From Phoronis australis (taxonomy: Eukaryota > Animalia > Phoronida): a stretch of 64,000 bases of DNA. Location of the stretch: positions 1,040,968 to 1,104,967 of the forward strand of contig NMRA01000033.1 of assembly GCA_002633005.1 (NCBI GenBank). Direction: 5' to 3'. Under the pieces are notes generated by a model that had not been told where the DNA came from, made no database searches, and saw only the letters and a list, made by a program, of their open reading frames with translations. Shown piece by piece: positions 50,131 to 61,751 of the stretch (position 1 is the stretch's first letter; every line of letters begins with the position of its first letter). A program made the position numbers and the translations under genes.

Positions 50131-53100
50131 TGCCAATAGAAACCGGTTCGTAATGATTCTGTGGTGGCACAAACGGATACCAAAATACCGGCTAAATTGC
50201 CAATAGGGGGCACGAACTGGTACAGTGCGAAAATAGCCATGTGCTGTATTTTTCTGTATGATTAGATACCTGAAACTAACACACCTGATATTGAAGACAC
50301 AGTTGAAACTTGTTCATGAAGTGTCATATTAAAAATAATGTGCGTGACGTCATTATAAAATTATGTTCCACGCACTTTGCAAAACCATCTAGTATTTTAA
50401 TAGAGTAAGCTCAAAACAGCAACTAGTGTTATTCAAGAGACATGTGAGCAAACTGTGGGCTCGTTCCTAGGAGCTGTCTTAAGTTCATTTTTACTTAAGT
50501 CCAAGATTTGTCTCATCTTCCAAACTTCCGCATCCTCTAAGTTAGTCAAAGTAAGACAAAACTCAAGTCAAAATTTTAAAGAAAACTTGAAAAGTATCTC
50601 AGACAAATTTAAGTTTAATCTTAAAATTGGCTGAAATTTATGATTTGTCTAAGCTAAGTCAGTTTTTTTGAACCGGGCATCAGTATTCGTGGGATTTCCG
50701 GGCTTTGAAAATACGGGATGTATTATTTGGCAGATTCAAAAAATATTTTGTAAATGGCATTTTAGAACTAAAAGTCAAACACAAAAAATGTAATACGCTG
50801 ACAGAGGGCCTTTTTCTCGACGGTCTATTGGATTTTGTCGTTTAACTTTCGGCTAAAATCAGTCCACTGAGCTTAGCCAGTTTCACAAAAACAGGTTGAG
50901 GCCGAAAACCACTACAGTAAACTACAGTTCTCGAAGTCAAAAGACAGAAACCACAGTCTTCTCACTTCCGGAAGTGAAATTATCGGCGAGAAAAGAGATC
51001 AGCGTCAGCTCCTGCGTTCCCAGTCTAACTCTCTGCTGGCTGAGTTAAATCCCCCTCCTCACAGGTCTTGATTTCAGCGGATGTCTCCGAGACAAGGGCG
51101 AGAATTAGCGATTCGTAATAACGATATTTTAGATCTCTCGTCAAAGCCTCAAAATTGCGTTTTTATAGTCGTAAAGCAATTACGCTCCTTTAAAGAGATT
51201 AAAAACCCACCCTACATGTACATCACAAAAATGATTTAGACCACTTGTAGCTATGGAAATAATCTCAAGTTGTTCCATTGTCAAGCTGGATATAATTACA
51301 GGCTTACGAAGAACTGAACAGTTTGTTGTTTATTTAGACCAGGCCATTCGAACTTGGCTTCTCACGGCGTGTCATTGTATACGCCAAGCCTGGTATCGAG
51401 AAATAAAGGAATTTCAGTTCTTTACTAAGCCAGACATATCCCTAAAGAAACAAGTTGAGATGAATAATTTATCGGCAAGTAGTCTAAATCAAACGGACGG
51501 AACGGGGGTTTATGGTCGCTTAAAAACGTTTCACGAGTGTTTCAGAATCTACACCCTTTTGTTTTTTGTGCGAGACATTGTGTGATGTTTGTTGGCAAAC
51601 TTGAAACACTAATGAAATGCGCACTTAATGTATCACTTGGCAATACTTGATTCAAGCGTAAAACATGCTTTCAGCTTATGCAGTGGGACAATAGAGAGCA
51701 TAGAGTACAACGACGCAGAGATCCTTGTCACGCGTCAGGTTTTCAACAGGGCCCTGGGAAGCGGGGCACGCGCTCCTCAATTATTTGTAGGCGTAAGGGG
51801 AGAAGCTTTGATGGCGATCGACGAACGGATTCAGATAAAGATTATAGGGAAAGGCACAACAAAGAAAAGATATAAATCTAGATTAAAAATCAAACCTTTG
51901 TCTAATATCAACGCCGGATTTACTCTTTGGGGCTGCCCCGGACGGTGCGTGTTTGTTTAGGTCACGATTTTAAAAAATCTGCATTTCCCGGCAGCATGGT
52001 CTGCAAACAAATGGCGACGGGCAATTTAACACACTTCTAAAGTATTCAAGAAAATTTCATGTGCACAGATTTTCCAAAGCAACTTTATTGCCTTATTAGT
52101 TCAGAAGACACTATGTAGACATGCAAAGCCCCGTTTCTCCTTGGACAACATTCTGGCAAGAGATAACACTCGAATTACATGTTATTTTCTTAAGCCCGTG
52201 GAGGTGTAATAAGTATAGTATTTTCTGTTTTGGAAATTATACAGTATATGTTCTTTCCTCTTTTGAGGACTCTGTCGGAGGGACCTCCTTTATACCGTCT
52301 ATGACCACTTTTTCCTGTTCATCAGGATACATGTACGTTGATCTTAAGGGGCCGATCTGGAGGGGTCCCGATTACGGAATCCTTTGTCATTATTCTCCCG
52401 TTTTTAACTTTCCATTGATGCTAGGGCCCCCTATTGGACGAGTTATTTTTAACAACTCAGATTGAGGAAACCACCCCAGCATCATGCCATGCGCCATAAA
52501 CCGCCAAAAACTAAGTCAAAACAGTATCAAGAACACTGACGGATTAGGGTTTTGCAGTGCCCTCAGTTATAAGAAGTCTGGGGGACATTTAATGTTGGTC
52601 TGACATCGTTGAAGATTGATAAAGCCTTTTTATTGATTTATTATAACTTGAAATATTGGTTTTGAATCTTACACGATATGAACTTTACATCGTCATAAAT
52701 TGGCACAAATCTTCGCCTAAACACTTAACGTGGCAATAATCTGACCTTCCATCACAAAAACAAATTTATTCACTTACCTTTTAAAAATAGGTCTTAACTG
52801 AGATGATTTCAAGGTTTTGAAAGAACTGAGCGTTCGTACATGTAATTGCTCCACAGGTTGGCTTGTCACACGGCGTGTCACTTTGTGCGGCGAGTACAGT
52901 CATCTCGAAGAAAAACGAGCAATCTGTTTTAACGAATCCAGAAATCAATTCACTACTTGCACGAATTCGCCATTATGCTTGAGAACAAGGAGTTGTGTCC
53001 ATACTATAATGGTTCTGCATGTTTGCGTCGATGCTAAAACGAGGCATTGTGTCCTAAACAACAATCATTTTTTGTAGCACCACCAGAGTGTGCAAGTACA

Positions 53101-54613
53101 TGTACATGTAATTAATTCTCATCTGAGTATTAGCAGCAAGTGACGTCGTGCAAAACAATTAACAGTTGGATAAAGAAGTTTCATCAGAGACTTGAGTGAG
53201 AGCAAAAAGCGTTGCGACTGGGTCTAGCGGTATGAATTATAACACGAAATGATTAATTAAGGAATAGGAGGGAAGACATTGGAAGCAAATGTAGGACTCC
53301 ATAAAATCTTGCGCGCTAATGGACAATGACGGACTGGCGACAAATTGCCTTCACTTTTGTTTGGCAGTAATACCAGGGTGTCAACTGTCACTATTCTTTT
53401 TCGCCTTAGACAAGCTTGGTAAAATATGGAGGTCACCAGTAATCGTATTTTGCTGTTTGTAAATGATTTGGTAATATTTGCACGAACCGTTGTTCCATTA
53501 CAAATACATGTTTACCATCTCCAGTTGTAACAAGTGGACCGAAACGGAGAATCAATAAGAAAATTATCGTTTTTCGAAACTAAGGCATTACAAAAATGAA
53601 CGCTTCTGTAAACAATTAGGTGCATCAACCTTTGTAATCAAATTCCCAAAGGAGGAAATTTGAACCTCTGCTAAAGTTCTTTTTGAAAATGCCTTCCAAA
53701 GCTTTGTTTGAAATTAATACAGTACGGTCAACCTTCTCACATATTACGGCTGCTATTTGGTTAAAAATATTTGAAAAAATTGCCTATTTTAATGTATAGA
53801 ATCGAGTTTTGGGAGTTTCACCTAGGTGATGATACTGAGCGGTATAAATTATATCCGTTTCACCAAATTGTGAAAAGCCCTCCCGTGGACCTTCAGCTCG
53901 CTCTCTTTAAGAGCTGAGTAATGGCTACAGCCCGAGGTGATCTGTAAAACTGTCAGTGATGGAAAATACACGTGGATGAGTAGCAATAGTAAAATTGAAA
54001 TTGTTAAATCAGGCTTACAACAGATACACTATTTTGTGCTATAAATTCCAGCTAGAAATGGTTGGAAGAGAAAAGGGGTACTGGGCATTAAATGTTAGAA
54101 ATCTACTTTAATACACAGGTTTGGTGTTGTGTGGGTACAAGGGTATAGTCGATGAAAACGTATTAATCATTGTGAGAAATATGTTCCTTGTCAAACAAGC
54201 CTAAATAATTATAACTGATTTGCCTACCTAGTCATACATAACATGCTTAGACTCCTTTAAAAGTATTAAAGTTAATGTCCATGATATAGATGAACACAAT
54301 TTCTTTTTGTGTTCGTGGACGGTAGACCGGAAGGAGTGGACCATGATGTGAGACGTCGTCCCTGCTGTAAGTTTGTGTTCTTTACTTTGACAGATTACAA
54401 GACCTGTGAAAATTTGAGTACCAATAGAATTGTTACAAATATTTCATAAAAACAGAAGAAAGGACTCCGCGTTAAATGAAATCACGTGGAATCTAAAATG
54501 TATGAACTGGTGCTTATGATTATATTGAATTTTGAATTTGTAACTGTTCTTGTGTGCATGTATTTACGTTGTGAAATAAATGATGAAAAATTTGTCTTTG
54601 GAGTTAAGCCACC

Positions 54614-54670
54614 CGAGGTCGTGGGATCGAGTCCCACTGGGCCACACTGCTAGACCCTTGACTCAGGTTT
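54614..54670 (+). mobile_element. tRNA-derived SINE-like fragment
   Basis: T-arm-like hairpin GTGGGATCGAGTCCCAC with B-box-like core; similar to 1385-1404. Confidence 0.35.
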
Positions 54671-54885
54671 CTATCTCCTTACCTCGGTTTTATTAATAAA
54701 GCACAAAAATAGTTCCAGGTGATCAGTGCAATAGGCCCAAGTGCGCGCCCTGCGCACGTCTGGTACAACGTGTACCAGACCGCCTGCAATTATTTTTTTA
54801 TACATATTAGCCACCCATACCTAATGTCAATACTTGGATTTGCCTATTGCATACTACATGTATGCCGCCATTGTGAAATCTGATT

Positions 54886-54891
54886 TTTATT
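54886..54891 (-). terminator. candidate polyadenylation signal (AATAAA) of the TRPV gene
   Basis: minus-strand AATAAA about 430 bp after the stop, in an AT-rich tract. Confidence 0.35.
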
Positions 54892-55316
54892 TGATAATAA
54901 TAACAAAAACTCAGCAGAAAATTATCGGTTACTGTCTTTAAACAAAATAATTTCTTATATCAAATAAGAAATAATATTTAAATGTTTTATGAAAATGTCT
55001 ATGTTGCAAAATAAAGACTGCTTTACGGCTCTGTAGCAAAGTTACATACAATTCCGAAGACACCCATCGTCTGGGTGTTACATGTATATGATTTTCTCGG
55101 GCAACTCCCATTAAAAATTTGTTCTACACAGAACGTCAAATCTAATACATTGGCCCAGTTGATGAGGTCCAGCGTGCGTCCCGAAGGTCCGAGAACATTG
55201 TTAAAACGCAAGATCACGCAAGACTTCTGGAGAAATCGACATTTGTTGTTACACACGAAGCACGTGATCACACAACGTCCTTCCTGAGATTTGGGCGTCA
55301 GTCCAACTCAGCCCAG

Positions 55317-58163
55317 TTACTCATCCATGTCGATAGAGGTGTCATCGCTGTACTTAAAGTATACACCAGCCGAACTTTGTCTGTTTCGGGGCTCACTGGC
55401 GCCAAGCGAGGAAGGATTCTGATACCCAGTTGTTCGAAAAGGCCTTCGACGTGTTGTCAAGGCTGAGCCGCGGCGACTGTCGAAAGTGTTTTCCATAGAG
55501 GAACCATCAAGTTTCAAAGTCGACACAAGAGCGCGGCTAATTGCCATTTGCTCTGCTCTATTCATGGACTGGTGGGGATTTTCTTCTTGCTTTTGTGCAT
55601 GATGCGTTGTGTTAGTTTTAACTTGAAAAAAATACCTTGTGTGTGATCTTCTTTCTCTGAATGTTTTGATCACACCTGCGAGCGCACTCGCAGCATTCGT
55701 CTGCAAGGCTGCTCTAGGGTCGTCATTTGGCGCCAAATTCTCCGCGATGGCGAATGTCTCGGCAAGTTTTGCGTCGCCGGCTTTTATGCGGTATGATTCA
55801 GGAACTCTTTTCTCTAGCATTAGAATAATGGTGAGTTTCTGTAGTTTCCAGTGGGTGACTTTGGTGCTGGCTATGACTGAGCAGGATTCTGATACCATAG
55901 CAATCAACATATTCATGGACAGAACATAGGCCAAAATAACAAATAAGACAAAAAGAGTAACACTCAAGCCTGGGGAAGGTGACATGTATAAAACCTCAAC
56001 ATCGCAGAGTCCTAGCGCTAGTTGAAATAAACTGAACATGGTCATTCCAAATGTTTCAAAATGTGACGGCAAAACTCTCATTTGTCTGTACAGCAGGTGT
56101 AGAGCGGCCGAGAACGATATAAGGAGAACACCAATGAGAATGGAGAATCTGAGCAAATCTCCAAACACAACTTTCTGAATGAGCGCAGTGAAAAAGCTGA
56201 ATTTTCGTATACCTCGTGTGAAAAACAGCATGAACACCCACCCTGTTATGAGTGACACTATCGTCGGAATGTGCTCAAACTGATAAGACAGCCAATGGCA
56301 AGCCATACTCGCTATAACGCTGAGGGAGAAAATAATAGAAACTATCTGGTATTGCTCGTTCTGAAGAAGCCGTGTCAACGAATGCGTCCGAGATCTTCTT
56401 AACCCTATGATCTCCATAATGAATACAGCGATGCTATATAGCCATATTAGAATTTGGAATATAAGTCTCACAAAATCGCTCGGCAATGTGTAAGAATCAA
56501 CCGCGTAATAGATGATTGTCACGTTTGGCACTGGACTGTCTGTTGAAAATTCAGGAAGGAAAACCGGTCGAACCAGTGCCACAACTGTCAAGGATATCAT
56601 GACGCCCAAGTGAACCAAGAGCCAAGCGAAAAATATCTTGGAATATCGTGACCATTTGAAATTAATCACGTGACTAATAGGCATCATATCAACAAATTTG
56701 AAAGCTGTCACAATATCTCGATTGTCTGGAATGCACTCCAGCACGGATTTCGAGTCGAGGGCAACGGTGGCGCTGTCTATGTCAGTGACGTCGTAGTAGT
56801 AAACGTCTGAGACGCCATTAGTGTTATGAAGAAATCTGTAAACGTTCTGCACGTTGATTATCAGGTTGAAAATTTCAGGCGCTCCAAGTCGAGCCGCCAG
56901 TGCCAGAGGAGTACACTGTTCTTCATTTTTTGTAGCAAATAAGAGCGATAACAACAGTGATCGATTGCTGTGGAAATCGTCTGCTCTGTCTGGTTTTTCT
57001 TTAAGTTGCGTTCTCACGAGCTCTTCTGTTTCTTCTATTAAGACGTGAAAAATGTCTACAAGTGCACTTAGTCTTGTGATATTATCTCTTGCCTCTGGCT
57101 TTACCGATAGTCTTATGATTTCGTGAAAAACCGTATCCCCATTATTAGCTCGCGCGTCTAGTTTTGCACCGTTTTGAATAAGCAGACGACACATTATCTG
57201 GTCTGTGTTCCACACCGCAATGGCCAACGGAAGTTCTCCTTCCATACAAGTGTCTTTGTAATCATTATTTTGGACTGGCGTATGAAGCAAGTTGAGCAAT
57301 AACGAGTGGTTTTCGTTGCACGATTGTAAGAGCTGGAAAGTTCTTGAGTTTTTGCCTTTCGTATCTTTGACCTTTTCAATTTTCTTGCTTATCTGTTTTC
57401 TGGCTAGACGGTGAAACCTATCAAAAAGAATTTCGACGGCCTCATGATCCCCCATTGCTGCGGCCACATGCAAAACTGTCGGAGAAGATGGCCCATTAGT
57501 TTGGAAAATTAAGTATGGCAATTTTTCTATAATCAAGCTGAAGACCTCTCGTTTTTGGTGGTGAAGTGCAGTCTGTAATATTGTGTCCCCAGCTTTATTG
57601 ATGAAGATAGAGTCCGCATTTTTTGGGTTGAGATTTTCTGAGTCCAGAATGCCAATCATAACCTCTACCTTTTCTTTCTGTCCTTGCCGGACGTTATTAA
57701 ATAGATGGTGCTTGAATTGTTCGTAGTTTTTGCGAAATATGTCAACCATTTTGTTATGGTATTCCTCCCTGTCTTCCGTAGACATTGAACTTTGTTGTGG
57801 TATTTCGGCAATTGTGTCCAATTTTTTCATATGTGGAAGCACACAGTCACTGTGCACGCTGATATTAGACGCGTAGGACACTCGAGATGGTCGAACGGAA
57901 GGCTTTGATATTCTAGATTTTGATTCTTTTCGTGGAGAAGGCTCATACGGCTCAAAGCTGTCATCGTCGTGCACGTAACCAGAGTCGCGCGTTTCGTCGC
58001 TTGCAGCAAGTTTACCAGGACGAAGAGTCTTGAGCCCAAAATCTAAGAATCCATCAAGATCGTCCTCACATTTCGCTATTTTACGTTGTCGCCGAGGCTT
58101 CGCGGGGTCGAAATTGCTTATCCTGGGATTTCTTTTCTTTTTGGGCTTCGGATTGTGTGTCAT
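55317..58163 (-). CDS. TRPV: TRPV-family transient receptor potential cation channel (948 aa from ATG 58163; single coding exon)
   Basis: ankyrin repeats (GDTILQTA, TVLHVAA, GELPLAIA, GDTVFH, TPLALAA); FKWSRY pre-S1; six hydrophobic segments; GWVFMLFFTRG and GDLLRF S4-S5 linker; NMLIAM S6; TRP box WKLQ. The ATG follows an acceptor-like TTTCAG|, so an upstream exon probably exists but is unresolved. Confidence 0.93.
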   Translation of the reverse strand: MTHNPKPKKKRNPRISNFDPAKPRRQRKIAKCEDDLDGFLDFGLKTLRPGKLAASDETRDSGYVHDDDSFEPYEPSPRKESKSRISKPSVRPSRVSYASNISVHSDCVLPHMKKLDTIAEIPQQSSMSTEDREEYHNKMVDIFRKNYEQFKHHLFNNVRQGQKEKVEVMIGILDSENLNPKNADSIFINKAGDTILQTALHHQKREVFSLIIEKLPYLIFQTNGPSSPTVLHVAAAMGDHEAVEILFDRFHRLARKQISKKIEKVKDTKGKNSRTFQLLQSCNENHSLLLNLLHTPVQNNDYKDTCMEGELPLAIAVWNTDQIMCRLLIQNGAKLDARANNGDTVFHEIIRLSVKPEARDNITRLSALVDIFHVLIEETEELVRTQLKEKPDRADDFHSNRSLLLSLLFATKNEEQCTPLALAARLGAPEIFNLIINVQNVYRFLHNTNGVSDVYYYDVTDIDSATVALDSKSVLECIPDNRDIVTAFKFVDMMPISHVINFKWSRYSKIFFAWLLVHLGVMISLTVVALVRPVFLPEFSTDSPVPNVTIIYYAVDSYTLPSDFVRLIFQILIWLYSIAVFIMEIIGLRRSRTHSLTRLLQNEQYQIVSIIFSLSVIASMACHWLSYQFEHIPTIVSLITGWVFMLFFTRGIRKFSFFTALIQKVVFGDLLRFSILIGVLLISFSAALHLLYRQMRVLPSHFETFGMTMFSLFQLALGLCDVEVLYMSPSPGLSVTLFVLFVILAYVLSMNMLIAMVSESCSVIASTKVTHWKLQKLTIILMLEKRVPESYRIKAGDAKLAETFAIAENLAPNDDPRAALQTNAASALAGVIKTFRERRSHTRYFFQVKTNTTHHAQKQEENPHQSMNRAEQMAISRALVSTLKLDGSSMENTFDSRRGSALTTRRRPFRTTGYQNPSSLGASEPRNRQSSAGVYFKYSDDTSIDMDE

Positions 58164-60657
58164 CTGAAACGACATCAATAAAAACAAATCAGTTTGCGTT
58201 CACCAAAGGTTTAGTATTAGTGTAGACATTTTGGTAGTGGGAATTCACTCTCCTCAAAGTATGTGTGTAATTTTGTACTTTGTTCTGCAATCGTACGTCA
58301 CATTTCCCTTAGCGTGACACATCCTTCCTTTTCTTCATGAAAATCGTCCATAAGGATATGCTGCTTACTATCTCAGTAGAACAATTTGATAGATCAACAG
58401 ATGTTCTGATATCTAGTGACCACGTTTGGGATTTTTATCAACAAACGAATAGTTCCAGGTTAATTGTTCTGATTTGATAACAGCAATAGTGAAGGAACGT
58501 TAAAAAAGTCATATGACGTTTGCTGGAACGAGTTTCGACTGTACTACTAGTTTCTTATGAATAAAACAGCTTGAATAAAGTTCTGTTTCAAATGGAAATC
58601 CTACTCTATCCTGATGTAAAATGGTTCGAGACGTGTTGGTATCGTTGAGTAAGCTGGGTTATAATTTCAATTGATACACAGTAGGAAGTACTTATGTATC
58701 TTTGCTGAGACGCTGCTGACCGTTTTCGTCACATGTCAATTTACTTGTCTTAAACTCTCCCCAGTACCTACCTTTGCACTGTGTCTCGTGACAATGTTCA
58801 AATGCCTCTAATTATTTATGTAGTGTGGTTACACAGATTTCCGATGATCACGTTTGGTGAGACTGTTAGCCCTTATATAATTGATCAAACCTGAACCGAT
58901 CAATGCTTATCGTCTGTCTGCTGAATCAATGTAGATCAATTGTGTTTGGTTGTACGACGGATACACAAACGAGAAACCGAATATATAATCCCAACCGATA
59001 AAAATGTCGTGAAGTTGGCAAGCGCAAATTGGCTAAATACCGGGTTTCATAACGGTTTACGGCTGTAACTTCGTTAGAGATTTCCAATTAAATCTAGAGG
59101 ATTGTGTGCATATTAAAGTTTATGGCGGAGTTTGTAGGTAGTGATAACTCAAGGCTGGCAGGCAAAACAAATGCGTTTTCAACACGTACATGTATATCTC
59201 TCCAACGGTCAATTATTTCAACAGTCGTGAGGCTGGGTTGCTATAAAATATTCCGTTTCCCATTTGACCGATTCTAAAACTACCACGGTTCCGACCATTC
59301 CACATGAATGATTGAATACGTTTAACCAATGCACTTACAGTTAATGTTGTCGCGAACGAGATGTGTCGTTGGTTCAAAATTAGGTAGTAACTGAGGAATC
59401 CATTTTTTTTGCGATTCAGACATTAATAAGGAACACGTTAGAAAAGTAAATGAATCTACACTGTCTATGTTACGGGCACTGGTGTAGTTTATGTTCAATG
59501 TCTTTTTTGTCACAGGTGACGCACGTTAGTTTTGAAACTACTCAAAGACGAGTGAATAGATCTGAGAAATGTAATCGTTCACCATATGCAAATACATGTA
59601 ACAATGACCTACATGAGAGATACATGTATCTCACTGTATTTGACTACTTGGCTTGATGCATTTTGTGTATATTCTAGACAAATACGTTGCTGTTTTGTTT
59701 ACGCAAAAATTATTAAAACTTATTCAGTAAAACTGCCGAGAAATCTTTCGCGACAAGCACGAATTATCCACATTGACCTACTATACATAGCACATGTACA
59801 AGAAATTTAAAAAAACATACCTAGAAAACACTGCGTGTAAACCACTGGGTTAGCAACTCGAAAATCAGATTTGTTTACATCTATTAATCCAACAGGCAAT
59901 TTGTAAACCTTTGGTCATAAACGTCTGCGAAATGTTCACCTCTTTATTCAAATGAACATTACCCAACGTAGCTGGGGTGTTTCTGAGTTAAGAGTCGAAG
60001 CAAATCAAACATTACGTGTAGCGTATCACCATACAAAACATGTTCTCTAATTGTAGATAATCTCTTAACGAGCGTTGTGTTACTGAATTCATATAAGCTC
60101 AGCAATCGGAAGTTACGGGACGTTTTTACAAGATAATTATAAAGGCTTGACAACTGTTTGCGCGTACGTGGTAAACATGACAATTTATTTTCGATTATTA
60201 CCTATTGATGAACAGATTCACGTGCAATTTCACTCATCATAATGCGCATGCCCAGGAGCTCAACCAGGCGTGATGAGAGCACGTGACATAGCGTGAGGGC
60301 AGTCAAAGAGGCGTTGTTAACTCGGGCGAGGAATCTAACTTTGCTTGTATGGCGAAATATTTGTAAAATTGTCCTGGTCACTGATAGGCTGGACAAGATT
60401 TTTTTTTCGTTTTCGGATGCAGCCGGTCGTCAAATTGAAAGTGTGTGTGTTTTTGCACTAGTCCAGTGCTAAATCAATTATTGCCAAACAGGCTATTATT
60501 ACACGACCAGTTGATGGTTCCATCAAGCTTCATTAAATCGATACTATATCTGTCCAATCAGCAAATTCTACAGACGCTCTGATGCAAATAGTTCCTCGAT
60601 CTTCATAATAGCTGCACACTAAATTGCCAACGTACAGCTATGTACATGTATATGTGA

Positions 60658-60685
60658 GTGCGTGCGTGCGTGCGTGCGCGCGTGC

Positions 60686-60720
<35 letters not shown>
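60658..60720. repeat. (GCGT)n(GT)n microsatellite
   Basis: direct reading. Confidence 0.95.
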
Positions 60721-60722
<2 letters not shown>

Positions 60723-61100
60723 CAAATCGATATCTTTTTTCAAATGTTTAATATTTGGCAAGCACAATGGTATACATTCAGTCTACAGGGCAGAAACGTT
60801 CATTATACGTAGATTTTGAGATATTAATATAGAAATATTCGATAGTAATATGTTGTATATAACATTGGATATAGACGTACATGTAAACTGAAAAGGAAAA
60901 ATATAATACTTAGAATATATCCACCAAAACACATGTGCACTTACAATGAATCCGTTATTAATTGATGAGTAGCTTCTGCTACAGTACCCAAAATCTGAAC
61001 CATTTTAGTAAGCGACGACAAATCAATCTATCGATAGAGTACTTACTGTACATACAAGTACTTACTAATGTTGTTGATGCGATTAAGGGACGATTGACTG

Positions 61101-61338
61101 NNNNNNNNNNNNNNNNNNNNNNNNNNNNNNNNNNNNNNNNNNNNNNNNNNNNNNNNNNNNNNNNNNNNNNNNNNNNNNNNNNNNNNNNNNNNNNNNNNNN
61201 NNNNNNNNNNNNNNNNNNNNNNNNNNNNNNNNNNNNNNNNNNNNNNNNNNNNNNNNNNNNNNNNNNNNNNNNNNNNNNNNNNNNNNNNNNNNNNNNNNNN
61301 NNNNNNNNNNNNNNNNNNNNNNNNNNNNNNNNNNNNNN
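61101..61338. other. assembly gap (N run)
   Basis: N characters. Confidence 1.
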
Positions 61339-61564
61339 GTGTAGACGCCAGCGCGGTTCCTAAAGTTTGCGAACATGAGAAGAAAAGAAAGTGACAAAGT
61401 GTTCAAGTATTACATTTTGAAGTTAATCGATGACCCGTTACAATAATTTGTTACTGGTATCATAATTCACATTGCTAAACCGCGGTCTCTGAGGCCGTCG
61501 TTGCACTCAATGTTATCATCGATCTTAATCTAAAAGGTCGGGGATTCGCGTTTCCTATTAGCAC

Positions 61565-61751
61565 AGGGCGGTAATCACCAATCGTCAAAAGTAGGGGATG
61601 GGCGCTTAACCGAGAGGTGGGCGCTTAATTGGAAATCTTCAAAAATAGCAGGGGGGCGGTTAACCGAGCAGTGGGCGGTTAATCGAAAATCCACCTAAAG
61701 TAGGGGTGGGCGGTTAACTGAGCATGGGCGTTAATCCGAACGATTACGGTA
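61565..61751. mobile_element. end of a pogo/Tc1-like MITE with subterminal GGGCG(C/G)TTAA repeats
   Basis: six or more GGGCG(C/G)TTAA-like motifs ending in ATTACGG|TA; other end not seen. Confidence 0.45.

Noticed and set aside
50010-50240. poly-Asn/Asp ORF
   Set aside because: Translation of an (ATT)n/(ATC)n microsatellite.
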